Shown here: positions 18,878 to 28,593 of the stretch, piece after piece
Layout: each line of letters begins with the position of its first letter
Position numbering within the stretch: the stretch's first letter is position 1
Assembly (NCBI GenBank): GCA_041577295.1
Contig: JBFGJG010000001.1
Span: 148,117-212,116, forward strand
Reading direction: 5' to 3'
DNA: 64,000 nucleotides
From: Gemmatimonadales bacterium
GTDB taxonomy: Bacteria; Gemmatimonadota; Gemmatimonadetes; Gemmatimonadales; GWC2-71-9
Notes under the pieces: model-generated
Databases searched by the model: none
Told to the model about the DNA's origin: nothing
What the model saw: the letters and a program-made list of their open reading frames with translations, nothing else
Made by a program: the position numbers and the translations under genes

Positions 18878-20521
18878 CTAGAAGAAGACCGGCTCGCGGT
18901 AGGCACCATAAACCTCCTCCAAGGCATGCCGGATTTCGAATAGCGTACAATACGTGCGTGCACAGTCGAGCATCGCAGGAATGACGTTTTCATCCCGTTC
19001 CGCCGCCGTCCGCAGCGCCCGAAGACCCTGTTCGACCTCTCGGGCGTCACGCCGCGCGCGCAGCTGTGTCAAACGGCGGCGTTGGACCTCGGCCGGCTCG
19101 TCACTCACACGCAACACCTCGAGCGCGTCATCGTCCTCTTCCACGAACTCGTTGACACCGACCACCACGCGCCGCTCTTCCTCCAGCTCGCGCTGGAAGC
19201 GTACGGAACTCTGATGAATTTGACGCTGGAACCACCCAGTCTCGATGCCGCGCACCACGCCACCAATGGCAGAGACTTCCGAGAAGATCGCCTCTGCCTC
19301 ACGCTCCATGCGGTCCGTCATGGCCTCTACGAAGTAGGAGCCACCGAGCGGGTCGATGACGTTGGCGACGCCGGTCTCGTACGCGAGGATTTGTTGAGTA
19401 CGTAACGCCAGCTTGACACTTTCTTCGGTCGGGAGAGCGTACGTTTCGTCGAGCGAGTTCGTGTGCAGTGACTGGGCACCGCCCAACGCGGCCGCCATCG
19501 CCTGATATGCGACTCTGACGACGTTATTCATCGGCTGTTGCGCCGTGAGCGAGACGCCGGCCGTCTGACAGTGAAAACGCATTGTCCACGACCGCGGGCT
19601 CTGTGCGCCGTACTTGTCTCGCATATGACGCGCCCAGATGCGCCGGGCCGCACGCATCTTGGCAATCTCTTCGAAGAAATCGTTGTGGACGTCCCAGAAG
19701 AAGGAGAGCCGCGGTGCGAAATCGTCGACGTTCAGCCCGCGGGCCATGCCTCGCTCGACATACTCGAAACCGTTTGCCAGGGTGAACGCGAGCTCCTGCA
19801 CCGCCGTCGCACCCGCCTCCCGAATGTGGTAGCCGCTGATCGAAATGGTGTTCCACTTGGGCGTGTTGGTCGACGCCCACTCGAACATGTCGACGATGAT
19901 CTTGAGCGCGGGCTCCACGGGATACACCCAGGCGTGTTGCGCCATGTATTCCTTGAGGATGTCGTTCTGCACCGTGCCACGCAGCTGCCCGATATCTACG
20001 CCCTGCCGCTCCGCCGCCGCGACGTAAAAGCAGAACAGCATCGCCGCGGGTCCGTTGATCGTCATGGAGGTCGAGACCGCGTTCAGCGGGATGCCGTCAA
20101 ACAACGTCTCCATATCCGCCAACGATGAGATGGCCACCCCGCACTTCCCCACTTCCCCTTCGGCGCGCGCGTGGTCGGAGTCGTACCCCATGAGCGTCGG
20201 AAAGTCGAAGGCAACGGACAACCCCGTTTGACCGTGCTCGAGGAGGTACTTGTACCGCTTGTTGGTATCTTCGGCGGTCCCGAACCCGGCAAACTGCCGC
20301 ATCGTCCACAACCTGCCGCGGTACATGGTGGGGTGGACCCCGCGAGTGTACGGGAACTCCCCGGGATAGCCTAGGCTCGTCTCCTCATCGAAGTCCTGCA
20401 GGTCTTGGGACGTGTAGACCGGTTTGACTGCCGCGGAGCTCTGGGTGACAAACGCGATGTCGCGCTTCTCCGCTTCCTCGTATCGCTTCTTCCAACGATC
20501 GTAGGAGTCCTTAGTCGCCAT
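18878..20521 (-). CDS. icmA: acyl-CoA mutase large (catalytic) subunit, isobutyryl-CoA-mutase-like
   Basis: It aligns by eye along its whole length with the methylmalonyl-CoA mutase TIM-barrel domain. It has 'WTMRQFAGF' (Phe where MCM has Tyr89) and 'ILKEYMAQHAWVYP' (Gln where MCM has Arg207). The ATG is at 20521. Confidence 0.75.
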   Translation of the reverse strand: MATKDSYDRWKKRYEEAEKRDIAFVTQSSAAVKPVYTSQDLQDFDEETSLGYPGEFPYTRGVHPTMYRGRLWTMRQFAGFGTAEDTNKRYKYLLEHGQTGLSVAFDFPTLMGYDSDHARAEGEVGKCGVAISSLADMETLFDGIPLNAVSTSMTINGPAAMLFCFYVAAAERQGVDIGQLRGTVQNDILKEYMAQHAWVYPVEPALKIIVDMFEWASTNTPKWNTISISGYHIREAGATAVQELAFTLANGFEYVERGMARGLNVDDFAPRLSFFWDVHNDFFEEIAKMRAARRIWARHMRDKYGAQSPRSWTMRFHCQTAGVSLTAQQPMNNVVRVAYQAMAAALGGAQSLHTNSLDETYALPTEESVKLALRTQQILAYETGVANVIDPLGGSYFVEAMTDRMEREAEAIFSEVSAIGGVVRGIETGWFQRQIHQSSVRFQRELEEERRVVVGVNEFVEEDDDALEVLRVSDEPAEVQRRRLTQLRARRDAREVEQGLRALRTAAERDENVIPAMLDCARTYCTLFEIRHALEEVYGAYREPVFF

Positions 20522-21560
20522 GCGTCGTCTCCTGATCCAACCGCGCAATGAGGTCGTGCGCGAGTTTGTATGGACTGATCTCACCACTCGCCACCCTGTC
20601 AAAGCCCGCCGCCAACACGGCCTCTCCCCCCCGTATCTCCCACAACCAACGGCTTACAGCTCGCTCGATCACCTCGCGCGTATGCTGCTCCAGGCGCGCC
20701 CGCCGCCGGGCGGCGAGAGCCCCGGACTGTTCCAGATGTGCCTGATGTCGATCGAGTGCGTCTATCAGCTCGGCGATTCCCTCGTCCTTCGTCGCGACGG
20801 TCTGCAGCACAGGAGGAACCCACTCGGCCGGTGGCGTTGCCATCGCGACGCGTACGTCGCCATCCCCGTGATGACCCGACGTTGCCTTATACGCGATGCC
20901 CTGACGGAGACCCAACATCACCTCCACCTCTTGCGCTACGCGACCCGCACCGGCCCGATCCGCCTTGTTCACAACGTAGAGGTCGGCGATCTCCATCACC
21001 CCGGCCTTGAGGACCTGGACCCCGTCGCCGGACTCTGGAACGAGCACGAGCAGGGCAGTGTCGGCGCTCGCCGCGATGGCCAGCTCCGACTGGCCGACGC
21101 CAACCGTCTCAATGAGAATCCGGTCGAAACCAAACGCATCGAGCACATCGCAGACTTCCCGGGTTGTGGTGGCCAGGCCACCCACACCACCGCGCGTGGC
21201 CATCGATCGAATGTAGACGCCCGGGTCGAGCGTGACCGACTCCATGCGGATCCGGTCGCCGAGCAAGGCACCACCGCTGAAGGGACTGGTCGGGTCGACC
21301 GCCACCACCCCAACGGTGACACCGCGCTCGCGGTACCCGTGGACCAAACGCTCCACCAACGTCGATTTCCCGGCGCCCGGCGGCCCGGTTACCCCGATCC
21401 GCCTCGCCTTGCCCACGGCGGGGTGAATCTCCGACAGAAGACGCTCGTACCCCTCGCGACCGTTCTCCACGAGCGAAATCGCGCGCGCCAAGGCCGGGAC
21501 TCGGCGCTCACGAATCCCCTCGATCAGGGCCAGCTCGGACATTTCGGAAGTTCGTGTCAT
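20511..21560 (-). CDS. meaB: methylmalonyl Co-A mutase-associated GTPase MeaB/ArgK (G-protein chaperone)
   Basis: It has the P-loop 'GVTGPPGAGKSTLV', 'ILIETVGVGQSE' and 'VVNKADR'. I chose the ATG at 21560, 23 nt after the mgtE stop. Confidence 0.9.
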   Translation of the reverse strand: MTRTSEMSELALIEGIRERRVPALARAISLVENGREGYERLLSEIHPAVGKARRIGVTGPPGAGKSTLVERLVHGYRERGVTVGVVAVDPTSPFSGGALLGDRIRMESVTLDPGVYIRSMATRGGVGGLATTTREVCDVLDAFGFDRILIETVGVGQSELAIAASADTALLVLVPESGDGVQVLKAGVMEIADLYVVNKADRAGAGRVAQEVEVMLGLRQGIAYKATSGHHGDGDVRVAMATPPAEWVPPVLQTVATKDEGIAELIDALDRHQAHLEQSGALAARRRARLEQHTREVIERAVSRWLWEIRGGEAVLAAGFDRVASGEISPYKLAHDLIARLDQETTHGD

Positions 21561-21582
21561 TTCCGCGATCCCCGCAACCCAA

Positions 21583-22935
21583 TCACGTGACCCCCCCCGG
21601 GAGCAACAGCAGTGCGGCCAGTCCCAGCAGCAGCAAGAACCCACACACGTCGGTCATCGCCGTGACGAACACCGAGCTCGCGACCGCGGGGTCAGCTCCG
21701 AGCCTTTCGAGAATCAGCGGAACGACGGCTCCCAGTGCCGTGGCGAGGACGAGGTTGCCCCACATGGCCATGAGCACGACCAAGCCAAGTTGCCATCCCA
21801 ACCCGACGATGGTTGTGACCGCCGCCACAACGGCACCCACGGCGAGTCCGTTGATGAGCCCCACCACCAGCTCCTTCCCCAACACGCGCGCACCCGTCCC
21901 GCGGGTCATGCCGCCCACGGCGATGCGCCGCACGGTCACGGCCAGCGCCTGGGTAGCCGCGTTCCCGCTGAGACCCGCAATGACCGGCATCAGCACGGCG
22001 AGCGCGATGACCCGCTCAATGGTATGCTGGAAGACGTAGACCACGCCGCCACCGACGAACGCCGTCAGCATGTTGAGCGAGAGCCACGGGAGGCGGCTCC
22101 GGACCGCCTGTCGCCAATCGCCTCCTAACTGCTCGTCCCCTGGAACACCAGCAAACTTGAGCAGATCCTCGGTCGTTTCCGCTTCCACCACATCCATGAC
22201 GTCGTCGAACGTGACTCGGCCAAGCAGCTTTCCCTCTGCATTGACCACCGGGAGCGCTGGCACGTTGTATCGCGCCATGAGTCGCGCCACTTCTTCCTGA
22301 TCCAACTCCGGCGTAGCTTGGACCACCGGCTCCTCCATGATCGATCCGACACGCTGCGTCGGCGACACGACGACGAGCCGCTGCAGTGGCAGGATCCCCA
22401 CGAGTCGAAACTGGTGGTCGACGCAATACACCTGATAAAACTCGCCCACCTCCTCCGCCTGTCGTCGGATCTCATCGATGGCCTCAGCGGCGGTCGCGGT
22501 CTCCTTCACAGTCATGACGCTCGCGGTCATGCGCCCACCAGCCGTGTCCTCGTCATACACGAGGAGTCGCTCGATCTCGACGCGATCAGCGACGTGGCTG
22601 AGGATCGGAACGACCTTCTCGGCCGGGAGCTCCGCGATCAGGTCGGCTGCGTCATCATCCTCCAATTCCTCGACGATGTGGGCCGCCTGCTCGGGTCGGA
22701 GTGCGGCGAGCACCTCCTCTGGGTGCTCTTCCACTTCCATCTCGGCGAGCGCATCGGATACCAGCTCCGCGGGAAGGGCACGTACCAGGAGGAGCTGAAG
22801 CTCCGGCTTCAGTGCGGCCAAAACGTCTGAGAGGTCCGAGGCGTGCAGATCGCGTGCTTTGGCGAGGAACCCACCGATGTCACCGGCCTCAGCAAGCGAC
22901 CGGAGCTCGTCTTGCAGCGTCTCGTGTTGATCCAC
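21583..22935 (-). CDS. mgtE: magnesium transporter MgtE
   Basis: It has an N-terminal MgtE_N domain, tandem CBS domains and a C-terminal 5-TM domain ('TDVCGF'). The start is GTG. Confidence 0.9.
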   Translation of the reverse strand: MDQHETLQDELRSLAEAGDIGGFLAKARDLHASDLSDVLAALKPELQLLLVRALPAELVSDALAEMEVEEHPEEVLAALRPEQAAHIVEELEDDDAADLIAELPAEKVVPILSHVADRVEIERLLVYDEDTAGGRMTASVMTVKETATAAEAIDEIRRQAEEVGEFYQVYCVDHQFRLVGILPLQRLVVVSPTQRVGSIMEEPVVQATPELDQEEVARLMARYNVPALPVVNAEGKLLGRVTFDDVMDVVEAETTEDLLKFAGVPGDEQLGGDWRQAVRSRLPWLSLNMLTAFVGGGVVYVFQHTIERVIALAVLMPVIAGLSGNAATQALAVTVRRIAVGGMTRGTGARVLGKELVVGLINGLAVGAVVAAVTTIVGLGWQLGLVVLMAMWGNLVLATALGAVVPLILERLGADPAVASSVFVTAMTDVCGFLLLLGLAALLLLPGGVT

Positions 22936-23588
22936 TAACTGTCTCGGAGCAACGAATCGAGGTCGAGTCCGCGGCGGCGCGAGAGTGCTGTGACATCACT
23001 GGGGCTGACCGAGCCACCCGAGAGAATGAGCTTCATCGCGTCCTCCACCGTGACCTGCGTTTCGATCAATCGGGTCCGCGGAACGACCAGCATGAAGCCC
23101 GTGGTGGGGTTAGGCGTCGATGGAACGAAGACGTTGACGCACGGCTCGCCCACGATTTGCGACATGACGACTGCCTCTTCATTGGTGACGAAGGCAATCG
23201 CCCAGAGACCATCGGTCGGATAGGGAATCAGGACGGTTCGGCGGAACAGCTTCCGGCGCTCCCCCACCATCGACTGGACGATCTGACTCACCGCGTTGTA
23301 GATGCGGCCGGTCAGCGGAAACCGCACCAACGCCTCATTCCACCAGTGCAGCAGCTGGCGACCGGCTGCCCGGTGCACGATCCATCCGACCAACAGCACG
23401 AACACGATGAGCAACAGGAACCCGAGCCCTGGGACACGGAGCCCCAACGTGTCTCGCAACGGGTCGCCGAGGATCGAGTCCAATGTCTCGAACACCCAGC
23501 GGAGAACGAAGATGGTGAGACCCACGGGCGCGATGACCACGAGTCCCACGAGGAAGTAACGTCGGAAACGACGCGCGATTGGACTCAT
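22935..23588 (-). CDS. DUF502 domain-containing membrane protein
   Basis: 'RRFRRYFLVGLVVIAPVGLTIFVLRWVFETLDSILG' and 'VFVPSTPNPTTGF' are typical of DUF502. The ATG at 23588 forms an ATGA overlap with the upstream stop. Confidence 0.75.
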   Translation of the reverse strand: MSPIARRFRRYFLVGLVVIAPVGLTIFVLRWVFETLDSILGDPLRDTLGLRVPGLGFLLLIVFVLLVGWIVHRAAGRQLLHWWNEALVRFPLTGRIYNAVSQIVQSMVGERRKLFRRTVLIPYPTDGLWAIAFVTNEEAVVMSQIVGEPCVNVFVPSTPNPTTGFMLVVPRTRLIETQVTVEDAMKLILSGGSVSPSDVTALSRRRGLDLDSLLRDS

Positions 23589-24772
23589 GGCGATGGCCCG
23601 AGGTGAAGGATCGGCACCGGACTTCGTCGTACGACGACGCGGTCGACCCGCGTAGGGGTGGCTGCCAACACATCGAACTCCAGGGCACCCACCACGAACC
23701 GCTCGCCGGCGAGCGGTATCCGTCCCGCGCTGCGCGCCAAGAGGCCACCCACAGTCTCTGCTTTTGAAGGGAATGACACTTGGAAGCGGGCGGCGATCTC
23801 CTCGCACGGCGTGGCCCCAGTAGCTTCCACGACCTCGAGCGCGCCGCCCGATTCCGGCCCGCGGCCGTTGGGCTCCGGAAAAATCTCACCCACGAGCTCC
23901 TCGAGGAGATCTTGAAACGTGGCGATGCCGGCCGTACCCCCGAACTCGTCCAATACCACCGCGAAGTGCCGACGATCTCGCTGCATTTCGAACAGGAGGT
24001 CCGCGCAGTGCTTGCTTGCAGGCGCCACTGTGACGGGACGCAGCGGGAGCTCCGCCCCCGGGGCAACCTTGAGAAGGTCGAGTGCGTAGATCATCCCGAT
24101 GATGTTGTCGAGGGACTCACGGTAGACCGGCACGCGGGAGTACCCCGATTCCGCGAAGATCTGCCCGACTTCCTCGAGCGGCGCGCCTTCGCGCACCGCG
24201 ACGATGTTGGTACGAGGAGTCATGATTTCGCGCAGCGGACGTTCCGTGAAGTTGAGGACGCCGAGGAGCACCGCTACCAGCTCGCCGGTTTCCACCGCGT
24301 CTTCATCCGCCTCGAGGAATCTGGCCAGCGCGGCCTCGGGCTCCGCGTCCCCGCCACTTGGCACGAGCGGCGTGAGTAGCGTGGCCAGCCGATGGAGCCA
24401 CGGGAGGGCACCCTTCACGATCGGTTCCGCCCAGCGCCGCCCTAGCGCGCGCGGAATCGCGTAGACCACGACGAGCAGGAACGGGATGGCGATCAAGAAC
24501 ACGGTTGCCGCACCCAGCCACAAGGGGAGAGGCCCCACCAGCGCCATGACACCGAAGGCCGCGAGGATGATGCCCACCCCAGCGATTCCATTGGCGACGC
24601 CGTTGATCCGCGTGGGGACGGAGAGCACGGCACCCCCTGGCCCGGTCACGAGTCCGTGGGAGATCCAGCGATACAGCTCGACGCGACTTACGGCCACCGC
24701 GCCGACTACGAGCGTCATTCCGGTTGCGGCCAGGAGCGAGCCCACACTGAACAACAGCCAGGCAATCATCAT
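23585..24772 (-). CDS. CNNM/hemolysin-family transporter (DUF21 + CBS pair + CorC_HlyC)
   Basis: It has an N-terminal 4-TM DUF21 region, the CBS region 'REIMTPRTNIVAV' and the C-terminal 'CorC' domain 'FEVVEA..'. The start forms an ATGA overlap at 24769-24772. Confidence 0.85.
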   Translation of the reverse strand: MMIAWLLFSVGSLLAATGMTLVVGAVAVSRVELYRWISHGLVTGPGGAVLSVPTRINGVANGIAGVGIILAAFGVMALVGPLPLWLGAATVFLIAIPFLLVVVYAIPRALGRRWAEPIVKGALPWLHRLATLLTPLVPSGGDAEPEAALARFLEADEDAVETGELVAVLLGVLNFTERPLREIMTPRTNIVAVREGAPLEEVGQIFAESGYSRVPVYRESLDNIIGMIYALDLLKVAPGAELPLRPVTVAPASKHCADLLFEMQRDRRHFAVVLDEFGGTAGIATFQDLLEELVGEIFPEPNGRGPESGGALEVVEATGATPCEEIAARFQVSFPSKAETVGGLLARSAGRIPLAGERFVVGALEFDVLAATPTRVDRVVVRRSPVPILHLGPSP

Positions 24773-25965
24773 GCGTCGCTCGGTTCGGCTTCGATGACCG
24801 AGGCATCGTGAAGGCGCTCGAAGTAGACGCGTCGGACCCGGCGCCGAAGTACCCGCTCGACGACGACGCGGAACTCGCCAATCCTCAGCTCTTCACCGGG
24901 GCGCGGAACGCGTCCCAGTTCGCTATAAATGAGCCCGCCCACTGTCGCTACCTCTTCTTCGTCGAACGGAATGCCGAGCAGCTCCGCGAGGTCGTCGAGG
25001 CTGACCCGTCCGTCCACCCAGAAACGATCGGCACCCTCCTGTTCGACCGCCGGCTCCTCCTCGACATCGTATTCGTCGTAAATCTCCCCAACCACCTCTT
25101 CCAGGATATCCTCGAGCGTGACGAGGCCGGACGTACCGCCGAATTCGTCGACCACGATAGCGAGATGCGAAGGGCCACGCTGGAAGTCGCGCAATTGGGC
25201 GGCGAGCGACTTGGACTCCGGAACGAATTGGGCCGGCCGAACAAGCTCAATCCAGTTATCGGGTGGGTGCGCCACGCCAGCCGCCGAGGGCGTCAAGTCC
25301 TTCGCATAGAGGACTCCGGCGATGTTGTCTAGATCTTCCGAGTACACCGGGATACGCGCGTGCTCGCTGCGACGCAGGAGCTCGATCACCTCGCGCACGG
25401 ACGCGCGCGCCTCGAGGGCCACGACGTCTAAGCGGGGTGTCATCACTTCGGCGACCGTCGTGTCGCGCAGGGACAGCAACCCCAGCAGCATGTCCCGTTG
25501 ACCCTGACCAAACGTCTCGTGGCGCCGGCGGTCGGCGGGGAAGAGTCCGGCAATCCGTCGCTCGATGCCCGTCACGAGTCTGAGCAACGGAACAAACGGC
25601 GAGAGGGTACGCCGCGCCACGGGGGCAACAGCCGCGGCTAGGCGAGGGATCAACACGGCGAGCGCGCGGGGGATTCCCTCGGCGACCATGTAGAGAAACC
25701 CGGTGGCCAACAGCACGGTACCCAACGCTTCCACCAGAGGGCGCCGCCACCATGCGACCGCCGCGGCCGCCAGCACGCTGGCGAGAATGAGGAGCGCGAG
25801 TCGACTGACTTGTAGGGCCTGAAACACGGTGGGCAGCTCTGCCGATCGTTCCCGGCGCGCTTGGGCGAGCGTGGGTGCCTCTTGCGCAAGCACGAGCAAG
25901 CCCGCCCACGCCGCAGCCATGAGCGCCGCGCCGAAGGCGGCGAAGGAGATCGCTGCTCCGTTCAC
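24769..25965 (-). CDS. CNNM/hemolysin-family transporter (DUF21 + CBS pair + CorC_HlyC), tandem paralog
   Basis: It has the same architecture ('VAEVMTPRLDVVAL', 'DEFGGTSGLVTLEDILEEVVGEI', 'FRVVVERV'). The GTG at 25965 forms a GTGA overlap with the ybeY stop. Confidence 0.85.
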   Translation of the reverse strand: MNGAAISFAAFGAALMAAAWAGLLVLAQEAPTLAQARRERSAELPTVFQALQVSRLALLILASVLAAAAVAWWRRPLVEALGTVLLATGFLYMVAEGIPRALAVLIPRLAAAVAPVARRTLSPFVPLLRLVTGIERRIAGLFPADRRRHETFGQGQRDMLLGLLSLRDTTVAEVMTPRLDVVALEARASVREVIELLRRSEHARIPVYSEDLDNIAGVLYAKDLTPSAAGVAHPPDNWIELVRPAQFVPESKSLAAQLRDFQRGPSHLAIVVDEFGGTSGLVTLEDILEEVVGEIYDEYDVEEEPAVEQEGADRFWVDGRVSLDDLAELLGIPFDEEEVATVGGLIYSELGRVPRPGEELRIGEFRVVVERVLRRRVRRVYFERLHDASVIEAEPSDA

Positions 25966-26384
25966 GAGGCTTCGCCGGTGAGCTGCCGGACGTATCGCTC
26001 TTGTCGACGCCACATGGCGGATCGCTGTCGCCCTTCCCCATCGGGATGGCGATACCCGAGCACGTGCAACGTGCCGTGAACCACCAGCCGGATGATCTCC
26101 TCGTGCTCGGGCACGCCAGCTGTCCGCCGCCGCCGCGCCACGGCCGGACAGATGTAGATGTCCCCGACGATACGCCCGTCGTGTGGCAGTTCGAACGCAA
26201 TGACGTCCGTGGCCCGGTCCCGTCCCAAGCTGCGCCGATTGAGCCCGCGCATCTTTGGACCGGTGAGAAAGGTGACGCTCACGAGGGCGGGCCCGGCGTC
26301 TTCGCCGTCGAGCACGCTCGTGACCGTACGCTCGACCGTCGTTGCCGGGAGGGGCCCGAGCTCGCTTGGGTCCGCCACGACCAC
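25962..26384 (-). CDS. ybeY: rRNA maturation RNase YbeY
   Basis: It has the metal-binding motif 'HGTLHVLGYRH'. I prefer the GTG at 26384, 1 nt after the upstream stop; the ORF-track start at 26426 is also possible. Confidence 0.85.
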   Translation of the reverse strand: MVVADPSELGPLPATTVERTVTSVLDGEDAGPALVSVTFLTGPKMRGLNRRSLGRDRATDVIAFELPHDGRIVGDIYICPAVARRRRTAGVPEHEEIIRLVVHGTLHVLGYRHPDGEGRQRSAMWRRQERYVRQLTGEAS

Positions 26385-26385
26385 C

Positions 26386-28593
26386 TCACGCAGTGGACGC
26401 GCGCTGCCAATCTGACGAGATGCCACCGACGGAACTCGGGTACTCGATTCGATTGTGGTACACGCCCCCGAGCACGCGAGCGAACTCCTCCTTGATCCGG
26501 TTCAGCTGCGCCATCGTGACCGGCGCTTCGTCTAGCTGCTTCGCGGCGACCCGCTGAGCAACGATATGATCGATGGCGTCGCTCACCTTCTGCGGCGTCG
26601 GATCGTCGAGCACGCGCACGGCGGCCTCGACACCGTCCGCCAGCATCGTCACCGCGGTTTCGACTGATTGCGGCCGGGGACCCGGGTACCGATACTCCTC
26701 CGGGTTGACGTTTGGCCCCGAGGTGCGGGACCGGGCGCGGTCTAAGAAGTACGTGATCTCCATCGTACCGTGATGCTCGGGAATGAACGCCTTGATCGCA
26801 TCCGGCAGTTTGTGCTCATCGGCCAACGCCAAGCCCTCACGGACATGATTCCGAATGATGGCTGCCGAGACATCGGGTTTCAGTTTGTCGTGCGGATTGC
26901 TACCGGGTAGTTGATTCTCCACGAAGAACTGGGGCTTCTTCAGCTTCCCCACGTCATGGTAGTACGACCCGACACGCGCGAGCAGCCCGTCGGCACCGAT
27001 GGCGTTGCAGGCCGCCTCGCACAGATTGGCCATGGCGATACTGTGCGCGTAGGTGCCTGGGGTTTCCGTCGCAAGACGACGAAGCAGCGGCCGGCTCGGA
27101 TCCGAGAGTTCGAGCAGCGTGAGATCCGTAGTGACGCGGGCCATCGATTCGAAGATGGGAAGGGCGATCAGCACGAGGGCTGCCGAGACGAGCGCGTTCA
27201 GTCCACCGGCCAACCCGCCGAGACCCACCTCCTGCAGCGCGACGCCGCCGCGAAGACCCACCACGGAGCTGGCGAGCACGAACGCCCCCGTGACGATTGC
27301 CACTGAGCTGAGGAGCTGGGTTCGACGCCGGATGACCCGCACACTCAACGCGGCGGCGACACCGCCCACGACAGCCACGAACAGGGCGTCCGCGCCGCCG
27401 TAGGCCGCCTGGGTGCCGATCAAAATGGCCAAGACCAAGGCGGCCACGATTGCAACGCGACCGCTGAACAACACGGTGATCAGCATCGCGGCGAACGGGA
27501 TGGGAATCAACTCGGGCGCTTCGGAGAGCACTTGCCTGTTGAGCGCGGCACCCACGACGACCAACCCCACCAGGATGGCTAGCACCGCCATGTGACGGAA
27601 GTTCGCATAGGTGTACGACCGGTACAGCATCAGCAGGAGCCAGAACGCGGCGAGGATCAGCGCGTTACTGAGCATCTGCCCGGAGATCGTCGCGACGTTG
27701 CTCTTCTCACCACCGCCGCGGCGTAGCTGTTCCGCCCGCAGCGCCAAGAGCCGGTCCCGAACCTCCGGCGTCACGACTTCATTCGCATCGACGATTCGCT
27801 CGTTCGCGCGCACCCGATCCTTCACGGAGTCCACGCTCGCGCGGAGATCGCGCCGAAGCTCTTCCGTCTGCGCCCGATTGGGCAAGAGCGTCGGTTGGAA
27901 TAATCCGGCCAGGAACTTCACGAACACCGCGTTGCCGAGCGCAGAATTCGGATCTGGATGGCTCGCCGCGCGGCTATCGAGAAACCGCTGATAGGTGATC
28001 GCCGAGTCGCGCGGCACCACCCGCTCGCTGTCACCCCGTCGCAGAAGCAGGCTCACGTGCTGCTCAGTCTCGACCGTACCCGGTCCGGCCACGCCTCGAC
28101 CCAACTCCCTCCGCAGAACTGTTCGCACGGCGCTCCGGTAGCGCCCGAGACGCCCATTGCCAAGCAAGTATTGCCCCTCTTCGGGGTTGAGTCGTATGCC
28201 AAACCGCAACGCCGCAGCATTGAGGGTCTCGGACGTGCGGGCACTGTCCAATGTGGCAAAGAGTCGGTCTGTCCGAGCCAGCACCGAGTCGCGGACCTCT
28301 GGGCGGTACTCGTACACGGGGGGGACCGTCGTGGCCAGAGCGCTCGCCTCGCGCTCGATCTCCGAGGCGGTCTTCTGAACGGCAAACTCGAAGGGTGCGA
28401 GGATCTCGACGCGCGAGACCTCGCCCACCTCCGGAATCGCCACCTCGAACCCGCCGGCAACTGGGAACAGCAGATAGGTCAGCACCGCGAGCCCAAGGAG
28501 AAGACCCCAGCGCGCCGCGTGGAACCCGATGGCGCGGGGCAGCCGGCTGCGCGGCAATTCGAGGTAGAGGAGCGATCGCCGGTCGGGACTCAT
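26386..28593 (-). CDS. 7TM-receptor HD/HDIG phosphohydrolase (PgpH/YqfF-like)
   Basis: It has a large N-terminal extracytoplasmic region, a 7-TM block and a C-terminal HD domain ('HSIAMANL...YYHDVGK'). It sits between phoH and ybeY, as is typical. Confidence 0.85.
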   Translation of the reverse strand: MSPDRRSLLYLELPRSRLPRAIGFHAARWGLLLGLAVLTYLLFPVAGGFEVAIPEVGEVSRVEILAPFEFAVQKTASEIEREASALATTVPPVYEYRPEVRDSVLARTDRLFATLDSARTSETLNAAALRFGIRLNPEEGQYLLGNGRLGRYRSAVRTVLRRELGRGVAGPGTVETEQHVSLLLRRGDSERVVPRDSAITYQRFLDSRAASHPDPNSALGNAVFVKFLAGLFQPTLLPNRAQTEELRRDLRASVDSVKDRVRANERIVDANEVVTPEVRDRLLALRAEQLRRGGGEKSNVATISGQMLSNALILAAFWLLLMLYRSYTYANFRHMAVLAILVGLVVVGAALNRQVLSEAPELIPIPFAAMLITVLFSGRVAIVAALVLAILIGTQAAYGGADALFVAVVGGVAAALSVRVIRRRTQLLSSVAIVTGAFVLASSVVGLRGGVALQEVGLGGLAGGLNALVSAALVLIALPIFESMARVTTDLTLLELSDPSRPLLRRLATETPGTYAHSIAMANLCEAACNAIGADGLLARVGSYYHDVGKLKKPQFFVENQLPGSNPHDKLKPDVSAAIIRNHVREGLALADEHKLPDAIKAFIPEHHGTMEITYFLDRARSRTSGPNVNPEEYRYPGPRPQSVETAVTMLADGVEAAVRVLDDPTPQKVSDAIDHIVAQRVAAKQLDEAPVTMAQLNRIKEEFARVLGGVYHNRIEYPSSVGGISSDWQRASTA

